From Candidatus Lustribacter sp. (GTDB taxonomy: Bacteria; Vulcanimicrobiota; Vulcanimicrobiia; Vulcanimicrobiales; Vulcanimicrobiaceae), in assembly GCA_965277805.1 (NCBI GenBank), contig OZ255842.1, forward strand, positions 5,376,001 through 5,440,000: 64,000 nucleotides of DNA. The letters are read 5' to 3'. Positions 20,790 through 31,198 of the stretch are shown piece by piece. How positions within the stretch are numbered: position 1 is the stretch's first letter; each line of letters starts with the position of its first letter. The notes below the pieces were generated by a model. That model was not told the DNA's origin, ran no database searches, and worked only from the letters and a program-made list of their open reading frames with translations. A program made the translations under genes and the position numbers.

Positions 20790-23471
20790 ATGCAGTTACG
20801 ACAGTGGGCCGCCGGCGGTGTTTTGAGCATGCTACTCGCGGCTACGGCCTTGGCTGCACCGTCCGCCGGGTCGAGCGCGACCGACGTGCTGAAGGCTACC
20901 CTGCGCAACGGCCTCCAGGTCGTGATCGTACGCAACACGCTCGCGCCCGTCGTCTCAACCGATCTGAGTTATCTCGTCGGGTCGCGCGACGATCCGCCGG
21001 ATATGCCGGGAATGGCGCACGCCCAGGAACACATGATGTTCCGCGGGACGAAGAATCTCAGCACGGCCGAGTTGGGCACGATCGCAACCGCACTCGGCGG
21101 GCAGTTCAACGCCGAGACGAGCGAGATGACGACTCAGTATCAGTTCACCGTTCCGGCGGCCGACCTCGATGCCGTGTTACGCATCGAGTCCGATCGCATG
21201 CACGGCGTGCTTGACCTTCAGTCGCAATGGCAGAACGAACGCGGCGCAATCGAACAAGAAGTTGCGCGCGACGAAGCGCAGCCCGGCAGCGACTTCTTCA
21301 GCGACGCGTCGGCACTGGCATACAAAGGCACGGTCTACGAGCATCCGGGGGTCGGTACGAAGGCCGCGTTCGATGCGCTCACCGGACCGCGCTTGAAAGC
21401 ATTTTGGGATCGCTGGTATGCGCCCAACAACGCGGTGCTGGTCATCGCCGGCGACGTCGATCCGGCCGCCACGCTCGCCTCGGTGCGCGCGCATTTCGAA
21501 GGGATTCCCGAAAAGAAGATTCCCGCCCATCAGAGCGCGCAGTTCCAGCCGCTCAAGCGTACGGTGATCCGCCGCCCGACGACGCTGGCCTATCCGCTGG
21601 CCGCGATCGGGTTCCGGATGCCCGGTCTCCAGGATCCGGACTTTCTCGCCTCGTTCGTGTTGCAGGGCGTGCTCGGCGCGGATCGCGGTGCGCTGCACGA
21701 ACTCGGTGACGACGGCCTTGCGCTCGACGGCGAGTGGACGACGATGCCCTACGTCAAAGAAGCGCAACTCGGCTTCGCCGTCGCAGCGCTCGCGCCGGGC
21801 AGCGATCCGGACGCGATGGTCAAGAAGCTCGAGTCGATCATGACGAACTATCGCGATCACGGCGTGCCGGCCGAGTTGTTCGAATCGACGAAACGCCGCT
21901 TGATCGCCGACCAAGAGCTCAGCCGCAACTCGATCTCATCTCTGGCATCGGATTGGGCCGACACGATCGCGGTCGATCGCGAACCCTCGATCGCCTACGA
22001 ACAAGAACTGATCGGCCGCGTCACGCTGGCCGACGTCAATCGCGTCGCGAAGCGCTATCTCGACGTCAACCATGCCGTCATCGGCGCGCTGACGCCGTCG
22101 GTCGGGGCATCGCAATCCGCCGCTCCGGCGCCGGCCGGCCTGAGCCGCGAGAACCCGCTCGGCAAAGAACAGACGGTCACGCATCTGCCCGACTGGGGCA
22201 ACGCGCTCGTGCACGACGTGGCCGTCCCCAATACCGGGCTCGCGCCGGTGCAAACAAAACTCGCCAACGGCATTACGCTGATCGTGCAGCCGGAGACGAT
22301 CTCCGATACGGTGTTCGTCTACGGCTCGGTTAAGACCGCACCGCAGCTCGAAGAACCGCTCGGTCAAGACGGCGTCTCGCGCGTCGTCGAAGGCGTCTAT
22401 CCCTACGGTACGCTCACCCAGGATCGCGAATCGTTTCAGCGCTCGCTCGATGCGATCGACACCGCGCTCGAAGGCGGCAGTTCGTTCGGCATGCAGACGA
22501 CGACGCGCAGCTTCGACCGCGCCGTATCGCTGCTGGCGCAGAACGAGCTGCAGCCGCGTCTGGATCAAGCCACGTTCGACATCGTCAAACGCCGCGCGGT
22601 GGACCAGCTGCAAACCGAGCTCAACAGCACGCATAGCGTTGCCGTGCAGCAAGCCGCAATGAAGCTGCTCCCGTTCAACGACCCCGAGCTGCGTCAGCCG
22701 ACGGTGGCCGGCGTGCAAGGGCTCTCGCTCGACCAGGCCAAGGCGTACTACGCGAAGACGATGCGGCCCGATCTGGCCACGATCGTGGTGGTCGGTAACG
22801 TCACCCCCGCACAGGCGCGGGCATCGATCGATCGCGCGTTCGGCGGCTGGCATGCCAGCGGCCCGGCGCCGGTGGTCGATCTGCCGCCGGTCCCGCTCAA
22901 CCCGCCGGGCGACGTGAAGATTCCGCTGCCGGGCATTCGCCAGGACTACGTGACGCTCGAACAGCTCGTTCCGTTGTCGCGTTCGTCGCCGCAGTACTAC
23001 CCGCTGGTGCTCGGCAACACCGTGCTGGGCGGCGGATCGGTTAGCCCCGAGCAGAGCCGTCTGTTTCGCGACATCCGTCAGAACGCGGGGCTCGTATACA
23101 GCATCGATTCGCAATACGCTTCGAACGGCGCGCGCTCGCGCTTCTCGATCGATTTCGCCTGCGCGCAAGGCAACGAGCCGCGCATCGAGTCGATGATCGA
23201 CGACGAGCTCGCGCGGCTGCGCAAAGAGCCGATCGGCGATTTCGAACTCGGCTTGATGAAGGCGTCGGTCGTGCGTCGCGTGGTGCTCGGCGATGCGTCG
23301 GCGTCCGGGATCGGCGAGATGCTGCTCAACGACGCGGTGAACGGGTTGCCGCTCGACCAAACGCACATCGACGCGCAGCATCTGCTGGCGACCGATGCGC
23401 ACGCGATCCAAGAAGCCTTTGCTGCCAACATCCACCCGGAGAATTTCGTCCGGACGATCGAAGGGCCCTAA
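20790..23471 (+). CDS. Secreted M16 (pitrilysin-family) zinc peptidase, two-domain fusion
   Basis: Signal peptide; inverted zinc motif HAQEH; WYAPNNAVL; second inactive half with SRLFRDIRQNAGLVY. Confidence 0.9.
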   Translation: MQLRQWAAGGVLSMLLAATALAAPSAGSSATDVLKATLRNGLQVVIVRNTLAPVVSTDLSYLVGSRDDPPDMPGMAHAQEHMMFRGTKNLSTAELGTIATALGGQFNAETSEMTTQYQFTVPAADLDAVLRIESDRMHGVLDLQSQWQNERGAIEQEVARDEAQPGSDFFSDASALAYKGTVYEHPGVGTKAAFDALTGPRLKAFWDRWYAPNNAVLVIAGDVDPAATLASVRAHFEGIPEKKIPAHQSAQFQPLKRTVIRRPTTLAYPLAAIGFRMPGLQDPDFLASFVLQGVLGADRGALHELGDDGLALDGEWTTMPYVKEAQLGFAVAALAPGSDPDAMVKKLESIMTNYRDHGVPAELFESTKRRLIADQELSRNSISSLASDWADTIAVDREPSIAYEQELIGRVTLADVNRVAKRYLDVNHAVIGALTPSVGASQSAAPAPAGLSRENPLGKEQTVTHLPDWGNALVHDVAVPNTGLAPVQTKLANGITLIVQPETISDTVFVYGSVKTAPQLEEPLGQDGVSRVVEGVYPYGTLTQDRESFQRSLDAIDTALEGGSSFGMQTTTRSFDRAVSLLAQNELQPRLDQATFDIVKRRAVDQLQTELNSTHSVAVQQAAMKLLPFNDPELRQPTVAGVQGLSLDQAKAYYAKTMRPDLATIVVVGNVTPAQARASIDRAFGGWHASGPAPVVDLPPVPLNPPGDVKIPLPGIRQDYVTLEQLVPLSRSSPQYYPLVLGNTVLGGGSVSPEQSRLFRDIRQNAGLVYSIDSQYASNGARSRFSIDFACAQGNEPRIESMIDDELARLRKEPIGDFELGLMKASVVRRVVLGDASASGIGEMLLNDAVNGLPLDQTHIDAQHLLATDAHAIQEAFAANIHPENFVRTIEGP

Positions 23472-24544
23472 GCGAGGAGCGCCTCTAAGACGACGCGCGC
23501 GCGTTCGGGCCCGAGCGCGAGCGTGGCATCGCCGGTGCTTATTTCCCACTTGGTGATGCCGTCGATAGCGGTTGGTGCGGTGCGAAGGATCGTCCACACG
23601 CCGTGCTTCTTCGCGATCGCGGCCACCCGCTTCGCCAGCGTTTCCGGCGCTACGCGCAAATAGCAGTGGAACATGTTGGTGGGCGGCGGCGCCGGCTGCA
23701 CGCGCACCGTCCCTGGCTGCGCCGCGGCGAGTTTCGCGAGCCACAGCGCGGCATCGCGATACGCCTTCATCTTGGGAATGCGCAGGTCGAACGAGGCTTC
23801 GGCAACGTTCGCGTACGGATAGAGCGCCATCAGGTTGCCACCGTGACGGCGTTGCCAAATACGCGCTTCGTCGATCAGCGGCCGCGAGCCGCAGAGCATC
23901 GCGCCGGCGATCGCGCCGATGCCCTTGTAAAACGAGACGTAGACCGAATCGAACAGCGCGGCAATCTGCGCGTAGGTGCGGCCGTAGTACGGGGATGATT
24001 CCCACAGGCGCGCACCGTCGAGGTGCACGTGCCAGCCGCGTTCGCGCGCGAGATCGGTGATCGCGACGAGTTCGTCCCAGGCCGGGAGCAAACCGCCGAG
24101 CTCGCGCTGTGGGAGTTCGAGCAGCAGCGTCGCGACCGGCTCCGCCAACTGCTGCACGTCGGCGAGTGCGATCGGCGTCACCGCTGATGCAAGCGGGACG
24201 AGGTGCAGCCCGTGCAGGCGCGTGATGCCGTCGCGTTCGTGCAGGGTGAGGTGGTTGGTGGGATGCGCGGCGAACGTGCGCAAACCGTCGCGATCGGCGA
24301 CGATACGCAGTGCGATCTGCTGCGCCATCGTGCCGCTCGGCATGAACACCGCGGCGTCCTTGCCGAGCAGCTTCGCGATGCGCGTTTCGAATGCGTTGAG
24401 CCGCGCGCCCGCGCCGTAGAGATCGACGTCGTCGCGCGGCTCACCGAACACGCCCGGTGCTGCGTAGATCTCGGCCGGATCGGGCCGTCCGTGCCCCGCG
24501 ATCGCGTCCTTGCAGTCGAAGCGATCGAGGGCCGCCGTCTTCAT
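23468..24544 (-). CDS. Low-specificity L-threonine aldolase family (PLP)
   Basis: FMPSGTMAQQ, HLDGARLW, SVYVSFYKG; ATGA-coupled to the upstream gene. Confidence 0.88.
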   Translation of the reverse strand: MKTAALDRFDCKDAIAGHGRPDPAEIYAAPGVFGEPRDDVDLYGAGARLNAFETRIAKLLGKDAAVFMPSGTMAQQIALRIVADRDGLRTFAAHPTNHLTLHERDGITRLHGLHLVPLASAVTPIALADVQQLAEPVATLLLELPQRELGGLLPAWDELVAITDLARERGWHVHLDGARLWESSPYYGRTYAQIAALFDSVYVSFYKGIGAIAGAMLCGSRPLIDEARIWQRRHGGNLMALYPYANVAEASFDLRIPKMKAYRDAALWLAKLAAAQPGTVRVQPAPPPTNMFHCYLRVAPETLAKRVAAIAKKHGVWTILRTAPTAIDGITKWEISTGDATLALGPERARVVLEALLA

Positions 24545-25638
24545 TGCCAAACAGTTCTCGCGGTGTCGACGACGAGCCCGAGTTTCGCCCACTGCTCGGC
24601 TTCGGTCATCTCGTTTCCTTCCATGACCGAGGCGAAGCCGCACTGCGGAGAGAGCGCGAGATTTTCCAGCGGCACGAATTTCGAGGCTTCCTCGATCCGC
24701 TTGATGAGCTCCGCTTTGTCTTCCATGCGCGGCAGCTTGCTCGAGATCAAACCGAGCACGACCGTTTTGCCCTTGGGAACGAAGCGCAGCGGTTCGAACG
24801 AGCCCGAACGTTCGTCTTCGTACTCGAGCAGAAAGCGGTCGACGTCGAGCGAACCAAACATTTTCTCCGCGATCGCGTCGTAGCCGCCCTCGGCGTACCA
24901 CTTGCTGCGGTTGTTGCCGCGGCATAGATGGATCGCCAGTTCGACGCCGGGCTTCCGCGCCGCTTTGAAGCACGCATTGTCGGCCGCGATTGCTTCGTCG
25001 AGCAGTTTGTCGGGATCGCCGCCCATCTCGGCGCGCAGCCACTCGCGCCACTTCGGATCGAGATAGTAGCTGTAGCGCGGCGCATCGATCTGGATGTAGG
25101 GCACGCCCTCGGCAGCGAGCGTGGCCATTTCGCGCTTGATGATCTCGGTGATGTCGTGCAGCAGGTCCGAGGGCTCCGGATAGGCGTCTGTGCTGGCGCC
25201 CTTTTTCCAGGCGATCGCCGGAAATTGCGTCGCGCTCGGCAGCGTCATCTTGTAGGTGCGGTGCGCGTTGGCTTTGAGGAACGGCACCTCGTGTTCGGTG
25301 AGGCCCCGTTTCTGCTTGAGTTTGCTGGTCACGATCCCGCGCAGCGGTTGGGCCGCGGGCACGCTTCCCTGCGATTTCCACGTGCGCGGGATGCCCTCGC
25401 CGTAATCGAAGCCGTCGACGGCGGCGGTCAGATCACCCATGAAACCGTTGCGCCGAAACTCGCCGTCGCTGAGGACGTCCAGCCCGAGTTCGCGCTGCTT
25501 GTCGAGAACGCGCAGCACGGCGGCGTCCTCCAAGGCGTGCAGATGCTCGCTTCCGTCGTCGCCCTGGTGGCGGGCTTCGAGAATGTCGGCGGGTCGGAGG
25601 AAGCTGCCGATCTGGTCGGCGCGAATGACGGCGCTCAT
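24541..25638 (-). CDS. Cobalamin-independent methionine synthase II family (core MetE-like)
   Basis: RADQIGSFLRP, SDGEFRR, Zn ligands HLCRGN, LEY, LSPQCGFAS. Confidence 0.9.
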   Translation of the reverse strand: MSAVIRADQIGSFLRPADILEARHQGDDGSEHLHALEDAAVLRVLDKQRELGLDVLSDGEFRRNGFMGDLTAAVDGFDYGEGIPRTWKSQGSVPAAQPLRGIVTSKLKQKRGLTEHEVPFLKANAHRTYKMTLPSATQFPAIAWKKGASTDAYPEPSDLLHDITEIIKREMATLAAEGVPYIQIDAPRYSYYLDPKWREWLRAEMGGDPDKLLDEAIAADNACFKAARKPGVELAIHLCRGNNRSKWYAEGGYDAIAEKMFGSLDVDRFLLEYEDERSGSFEPLRFVPKGKTVVLGLISSKLPRMEDKAELIKRIEEASKFVPLENLALSPQCGFASVMEGNEMTEAEQWAKLGLVVDTARTVWQ

Positions 25639-25690
25639 AGATGAGTCCTTTTCAGAGGGCTTTCAGGTTAGCGTGTGAGAGTGGGGGAGA

Positions 25691-26308
25691 ATGAAGCGAC
25701 TAATTACTGCCGGTTTGCTCGTTTTGGGTTTGACGGCCGGCGCATTTGCGCAGGGCGCCGCGCCGGTCTTGAACGTGCGCGGCGTGGTATCGTCACTCGA
25801 CGGCAACGTCCTCACGGTGGCAGCACCGATAGGTACGGCCACAACGAAAATCACCCTCGCGCCGAACTTCAGGGTCCAGTACATCGTCAAGTCGGCCCTG
25901 GCGCAAATCGCCCCGGGCAGTTTCGTCGGCGCAGCGGCCGTGCCGCAAGCCGACGGCTCGCTGCGAGCGCTCGAGGTTCAACTCTTTCCGCCCGGCACAA
26001 CGGCCGGCGCGGGCAGCCGGCCGTACGACCTGACCCCCACCAGCACGATGACCAACGGCACCGTCGATACGATCGGCACCGCCAAGGTCGACACGGTCAC
26101 GGCGAAGACACTCACGGTCAAGTATGAGGGCGGCGAGAAGATTCTCACGGTCACGCCCGACACGCCGGTCGTCGCGTACGAGCCCGCGACTGCCGCTGCG
26201 ATCGTAAAGGGTGTACACGTCAACGTTCGCGCGACCCAAGCCGCCGACGGCTCGTTGAGCGCGACCGGCGTCAACGTCGGCAAAGACGGGCTCGTTCCGC
26301 CGATGTAG
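25691..26308 (+). CDS. Secreted beta-rich protein (DUF5666-like)
   Basis: Signal peptide AFA-Q; duplicated DGSL-x-A modules; C-terminal GKDGLVPPM. Confidence 0.7.
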   Translation: MKRLITAGLLVLGLTAGAFAQGAAPVLNVRGVVSSLDGNVLTVAAPIGTATTKITLAPNFRVQYIVKSALAQIAPGSFVGAAAVPQADGSLRALEVQLFPPGTTAGAGSRPYDLTPTSTMTNGTVDTIGTAKVDTVTAKTLTVKYEGGEKILTVTPDTPVVAYEPATAAAIVKGVHVNVRATQAADGSLSATGVNVGKDGLVPPM

Positions 26309-26310
26309 GA

Positions 26311-27789
26311 CTAGAACGGGTAGGGGTGACCGTGCGCGCGGATCGTCATCCAGCGCCAGGTTGTGAACTCCTCGACGTTCGAGACCGAACCGAACCGGCC
26401 GCCGTTGCCCGATGCGCCGGTACCGCCGAACGGAATGCGCGGATCGTCATTGATCGTTTGATCGTTGATGTGTACGAGTCCGGTATTCAAGCGCTCGGCC
26501 ATCTTCATCGCGCGATCGACGTTGTTGGAATAGATCGCCGCCGAAAGACCGTACTCGGTGCGGTTTGCCAATTCGATCGCTTCTTCGTCGTCCTTGAAGA
26601 TCGTGATCGGCGCGACCGGCCCGAAGATCTCGTCGGTGAACGCAGCCATGTCGGGCGTGACGCCGGTAAGTACGGTCGGCCGGTAGAAGCGGCCTTCGTG
26701 CGTGCCGCCGGTTGACGCTTTGGCACCTGCGGCCAGCGTGCGATCGACGATGCCGGTGACACGTTGGAGTTGCTGGTCGTTGATGAGCGGCCCGAGATGC
26801 ACTTGTTCGGTCGCCGGATTGCCGATGCCGAGTTTGGCCGTGCGCTCGGTGAGTTTCGCCGTGTAGGCTGCGGCGATTTTCTCGTGCACGAGGTGACGGC
26901 TCGACGCCATGCAGATCTGTCCTTGGAAGAAGAACGAGCCGAACGCGCCGGCCGACGTCGCGAGTTCGAGATCCGCGTCGTCTAGCACGATGAACGGTGA
27001 GTTGCCGCCGAGTTCGAGCGCGACGCGTTTGAGGGTGCGCCCGGCCGCTTCGCCGACGAGCCGGCCGACTTGCGTCGAGCCGGTGAAGCTGATCATGTTG
27101 ATGTTCGGGTCGGTGCACAGCGCGGCACCCGGTTCGGCATCACCCGGCAGTACGTGCAACACGCCCTCGGGCAGTCCGGCCGCTTTCAGCGCGGCGAGGA
27201 TGACGAAGCCGCCCGAGACCGGCGTTTGCACGTCGGGCTTCAGCACGACCGTGCAACCGAGAGCCAGCGCCGGCGCGACCGAACGCATCGAGAGGATCAG
27301 CGGCGCATTCCACGGCGAGATCACGCCGACGACGCCGATCGGCACGCGCACGGCGACGCTTTCGACTTCGTCGGTCTTCTCGATCACGCGGCGCTCGCCG
27401 ACGTGCTCGGCCAAACCGGCAGCTTCGCGCAGTTCACCGACCGCGACGCTCACTTCGAAGTCGCCCTTGGGACGAATACCGCCCGTTTCGCGCACGTCGA
27501 AATTCGCGACCTCGTCGTGCGCGGCTTCGAGCAGATCGGCCGCCTTGCGCAGGATCTCCGCGCGCTTCGCAGCGGGCAGTGCAGCCCAGGCCGGCTGCGC
27601 CGCTTTCGCGCGCTTCGCGGCATCGGCGATGTCGGCTTTGTTGGCGACGCCCGTGCGGCCGATCGAGGCCCCGGTCGATTTGTCGGTGACGTCGGTGGTG
27701 CCGCCGGCCGCGTCGCGCCAGCCGTTGCTGTAGATCTTGCCCTGCCACGCGGCGGGGTCGAGCAGGGGGTGTACGCGTTCCTCGATCAT
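26311..27789 (-). CDS. Aromatic (benzaldehyde-type) aldehyde dehydrogenase
   Basis: ISPWNAP, FTGST, LELGGN, GQICM, EIFGP. Confidence 0.9.
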   Translation of the reverse strand: MIEERVHPLLDPAAWQGKIYSNGWRDAAGGTTDVTDKSTGASIGRTGVANKADIADAAKRAKAAQPAWAALPAAKRAEILRKAADLLEAAHDEVANFDVRETGGIRPKGDFEVSVAVGELREAAGLAEHVGERRVIEKTDEVESVAVRVPIGVVGVISPWNAPLILSMRSVAPALALGCTVVLKPDVQTPVSGGFVILAALKAAGLPEGVLHVLPGDAEPGAALCTDPNINMISFTGSTQVGRLVGEAAGRTLKRVALELGGNSPFIVLDDADLELATSAGAFGSFFFQGQICMASSRHLVHEKIAAAYTAKLTERTAKLGIGNPATEQVHLGPLINDQQLQRVTGIVDRTLAAGAKASTGGTHEGRFYRPTVLTGVTPDMAAFTDEIFGPVAPITIFKDDEEAIELANRTEYGLSAAIYSNNVDRAMKMAERLNTGLVHINDQTINDDPRIPFGGTGASGNGGRFGSVSNVEEFTTWRWMTIRAHGHPYPF

Positions 27790-27880
27790 CGGGCTGCCTC
27801 CGGAGCATCTGAGATGGGGCTACGCGCCTTCTCCAGCGCCGCGGCAAGCCCATTCGGGCCCGGACGCCGAAGGGGCCGGA

Positions 27881-29488
27881 ATGACGATGACGGTGGAAGC
27901 GCTGCCACAAACCGCCCCGGTCCGCGAGGTCACGATGAACCTCTTGCGCGATCTCGGGATGACGACGATGTTCGGCAATCCCGGCTCGACCGAGCTGCGG
28001 TTCCTCAAGGATTGGCCCGAAGACTTCACCTACGTGATGGGCCTGCACGAGGGCGCGTCGGTCGCAATGGCCGACGCCTTCGCGCAAGTGAGGGGCAATG
28101 CGGCGTTCGTCAGCTTGCACTCGGCGGGCGGCCTCGGCAACGCAATGGGCACGCTCTACACGGCGTTTCGTAACAACGCGCCGCTCGTGATCATGGCGGG
28201 TCAGCAAACGCGCGCGATGCTCGGCATGGATCCGTTTTTGTTCGCCCAAGATGCGGCATCGTTTCCGAGACCGTACGTGAAGTGGAGCGTCGAGCCGGCG
28301 CGCGCGCAAGACGTTCCGGCCGCGATCGCGCGGGCGTACTACATGGCGATGCAGCGGCCGTGGGGTCCGACGTTCGTCTCGGTGCCGGAAGACGATTGGG
28401 ATGCGCTAGCGCCGCTCTTGGCCGTGCGCAAGATCTACGCCGACTTCGTCGCCGATCCGGCCGCGCTCGACGCGCTCGCCGCGGCGTTCGCTGCGAGCAG
28501 CGCGCCCGCGATCGTTGTCGGTTCCGGTGTCGATCGCGACGGTGCAGCGGCGCTTGCCGTGCAGTTGGCCGAGCGCACGGGCGCGCATGTATACTCGAGT
28601 GCGCTCGCGGGACGTGCGAGTTTTCCGGAAACGCATCCGCAGTTCGTCTGCGCCTTGCCGCGCATTCGCACGGGCGTGGTGGAACGCTTGCGCGCACACG
28701 ATCTCGTGGTCGTGCTCGGTGCGCCGGTGTTCAACTACCACATCCATGCGGAAGGGCCGTTCATCGAGCCCGAGACGACGCTGTTCCAACTCACTGACGA
28801 TTCGAACGCTGCCGCGTGGGCCGTGACCGGAACGGCGATCATCACCAGCCTGCGGCACGGACTCGAAGCGCTGCTGCCGCGCTTGAAGACGCGGGCTGCA
28901 GCGCCGGTCGCATCTGCGCACGCGCGGGAGAAGCTGCCGGTCCAAGATCCGATCACGATTGCGTTCATCTTGCAGTCGCTCGGCGCCACGATGCCCGAGG
29001 GCGCGATCATCGCGGAAGAAGCGCCCTCAACGCATCCCGTGCTGCACGATTATTTGCCGATGCGTCCCGGCGGCCACTTCACTGCCGCCAGCGGCAGCCT
29101 CGGCTACGGTTTACCGGCCGCGATCGGCGTTGCGCTCGCGGCGCCCGGGAAACGCGTCGTCGCGATCATCGGCGATGGGTCGGCACATTATGGTATCGCC
29201 GGGATATGGACGGCGGTCGAACACAACCTGCCGATCACGTTCGTGATCGTCAACAACGGCGGCTACGGTGCGATGAAAGACTTTAGCGCGCTCTTCAAGT
29301 CGACGCGCTCGCCGAGCTTCGACATCGGCCACGTCGACTTCGTCGCTCTCGCCAAGGGCTTTGGCTGCGAAGGCAGCCGCGTCGAACGCGCCGCCGATCT
29401 GATCCCGGCCCTGACGGAAGCGCACCGTCACTCTGGCCCAATCCTGATCGATGTCGCGGTGGAATCGAAGGTCGCGAAGCTGTTTTAA
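27881..29488 (+). CDS. mdlC: Benzoylformate decarboxylase (ThDP)
   Basis: FGNPGSTEL, LHSAGGLGNAMG, KWSVEPARA, ThDP motif GDGS...NNGGYG. Confidence 0.85.
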   Translation: MTMTVEALPQTAPVREVTMNLLRDLGMTTMFGNPGSTELRFLKDWPEDFTYVMGLHEGASVAMADAFAQVRGNAAFVSLHSAGGLGNAMGTLYTAFRNNAPLVIMAGQQTRAMLGMDPFLFAQDAASFPRPYVKWSVEPARAQDVPAAIARAYYMAMQRPWGPTFVSVPEDDWDALAPLLAVRKIYADFVADPAALDALAAAFAASSAPAIVVGSGVDRDGAAALAVQLAERTGAHVYSSALAGRASFPETHPQFVCALPRIRTGVVERLRAHDLVVVLGAPVFNYHIHAEGPFIEPETTLFQLTDDSNAAAWAVTGTAIITSLRHGLEALLPRLKTRAAAPVASAHAREKLPVQDPITIAFILQSLGATMPEGAIIAEEAPSTHPVLHDYLPMRPGGHFTAASGSLGYGLPAAIGVALAAPGKRVVAIIGDGSAHYGIAGIWTAVEHNLPITFVIVNNGGYGAMKDFSALFKSTRSPSFDIGHVDFVALAKGFGCEGSRVERAADLIPALTEAHRHSGPILIDVAVESKVAKLF

Positions 29489-29524
29489 CTTACCGCGACT
29501 GAAGTCGCATCTACGCTACAAAGT

Positions 29525-29553
29525 AAGAGCACGCTGAAAATAGCGTGCTCTTT
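29525..29553 (+). terminator. Hairpin / probable intrinsic terminator after mdlC
   Basis: AAGAGCACGCT-gaaaat-AGCGTGCTCTT perfect 11-bp stem. Confidence 0.6.
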
Positions 29554-29659
29554 CACATTGCGCTGTCATCTAACCCAAGGGCCGGCGACGTACTAGATTC
29601 AGTAACACACTTGCGGCCGGCTCGGGCCAAACATCACGAGCAGAAAGAACGGTAATAAC

Positions 29660-29905
29660 GTGAACATCAAGCTCGCAGCGGCAACCCTCGGCGCCGCGCT
29701 CATCCTCGCGGGGTCGCCGGCCTTTGCCGCCGACGTGCCATCGGCGTCGGCCCAGACCGGCAGCGTTCAAGTCGCCAGCGCCAACATCTCGGACCCCAAC
29801 ACCAAGACGACGTCCGATCAGATCAATGCGGCGCAGGCCTACGCGGCCGAGTCGCAATACCTGCGTCCCGCAATTCCGGGCAGCAACGGGGACCTTGAAG
29901 ACTAG
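29660..29905 (+). CDS. Small secreted hypothetical protein
   Basis: 81 aa with signal peptide ending AFA-A; purine-rich AGAAAG upstream. Confidence 0.7.
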   Translation: MNIKLAAATLGAALILAGSPAFAADVPSASAQTGSVQVASANISDPNTKTTSDQINAAQAYAAESQYLRPAIPGSNGDLED

Positions 29906-29969
29906 CATCCTTGCGAGTCGCGATAAATGAGGAGCAGCAGCACCGCAATGTGTCTGCTGTTTCTTGCAT

Positions 29970-30692
29970 TTAGGGAATGAAGTACATCGGGTTTGGTAGT
30001 TTGTAGGCGCGCTCCGCGTGGCCGCCTTCGAGGTCGCTCCATTGATCGCCGATCGTTTCGAGCACCGTGTAGCCGGCGTGCTCGATCTGCGCGCGCGCCC
30101 CGCTCTTGAACGGCACGACCGAATGTTTCTTATCGCTCACCGGACGCAGATACAAGTGCGCGTAGGTGTACCCGACGTCTGCGAGATTCTTGGCCGTTAG
30201 CGCGGTCTGCGGGACGCGGCGGCCGGTGATGAAGAACACGGTGACGCCCTCGGCCTGCGCGTGCTTCGCTAATGCAAGCGTGGCTGCGATCGCGGGAAAG
30301 CCGGGCGAGACGGCATACGCGGCCCACGTTTTCGGATCGTAACCGAATTCGTACTTGAGCTCGTAGCCGACCGTGGAGAGCGCGGTGTCGTCGATGTCGA
30401 GCACGAGGGCGGGTTTCTTGACGCCGGCGGCCACCCGTTTGTCGATGTAACGCGTGGCATCGCTCTCGATGCGGCCGACCTCGGTGTCGTAGCTTCCGTT
30501 GAGGTAGTACGCCTTGATTTCATCTTCGAGCTGGCCGAGGTTTTGCAGCTGCGAGGATTCGATCGGCGCGGTGCACGCCGGTGCGGGGCACGGTCCGGGA
30601 GAAGCCGGCGGCGCCGTAACCTGTGCATTGGCCGCAGCCGGAATGAGAAGCAGGGCAGCCAGAATGGCGCCCGCGATGGTGCGTTTTTCCAT
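29970..30692 (-). CDS. Secreted HAD-IIIB acid phosphatase
   Basis: VLDIDDT, FITGR, IGDQWSDL, LPNPMY; signal peptide. Confidence 0.9.
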   Translation of the reverse strand: MEKRTIAGAILAALLLIPAAANAQVTAPPASPGPCPAPACTAPIESSQLQNLGQLEDEIKAYYLNGSYDTEVGRIESDATRYIDKRVAAGVKKPALVLDIDDTALSTVGYELKYEFGYDPKTWAAYAVSPGFPAIAATLALAKHAQAEGVTVFFITGRRVPQTALTAKNLADVGYTYAHLYLRPVSDKKHSVVPFKSGARAQIEHAGYTVLETIGDQWSDLEGGHAERAYKLPNPMYFIP

Positions 30693-30697
30693 CGACG

Positions 30698-31120
30698 CTA
30701 CTGCTCGTTGAGTAGGAAACGGACCTGCGGCCCTTTCGCGCCCGCCGGTTGGGCGACGACGACGACGTTTTCCGGGGTGACCGTCCAGATCGTGAGTTTG
30801 ATCGACGCCATCCCCTTGACGCTCTGAACGTCGTAGGCGCTGCCGTCGACGCGCGCCACCGTGTCCGGCTGATCGGACGGCGGAAATTCGCAGCCTCGTG
30901 TGATGCAGCGGAAGCGCACCTTGACCTTGGCCGGCGAAACGTTCACCACGAGCGCGGCGTTGAAGTCCACCTCATAACGGTCTGCGCGCGCGGCAACCCA
31001 GGCGCGCGCGGTCTGCGGTGTGCCCGATTTGATCGTCAGGCGCGGCGTGTCTTTGCCGGATGCGGGGGCGAGCGAGAGGCCGGCGAGGATGAGTCCCGGC
31101 AACCACACGCGTGCGTTCAT
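30698..31120 (-). CDS. Secreted hypothetical protein
   Basis: Start trimmed to MNARVWLPGLILAGLSLAPASG (signal peptide); beta-rich with a CxxxxC pair. Confidence 0.6.
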   Translation of the reverse strand: MNARVWLPGLILAGLSLAPASGKDTPRLTIKSGTPQTARAWVAARADRYEVDFNAALVVNVSPAKVKVRFRCITRGCEFPPSDQPDTVARVDGSAYDVQSVKGMASIKLTIWTVTPENVVVVAQPAGAKGPQVRFLLNEQ

Positions 31121-31198
31121 CCGGCCGCCTTCTCCGCGCGGGCATACGGGCCCCATCCGGCAGGGATTCATCCCGCAGGTGGGCGAGCACTCACAGCG

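Noticed and set aside
21936-24005. 689-aa - strand ORF
   Set aside because: Antisense to the M16 peptidase and off-frame to the aldolase; Arg-rich with no domain.
23468-25381. Apparent 637-aa aldolase fusion
   Set aside because: The extension is off-frame to the MetE-like gene; ATGA coupling gives the start at 24544.
29931-29965. Terminator between the small secreted protein and the phosphatase
   Set aside because: The bulged hairpin has a weak U-tract; plausible but not well supported.
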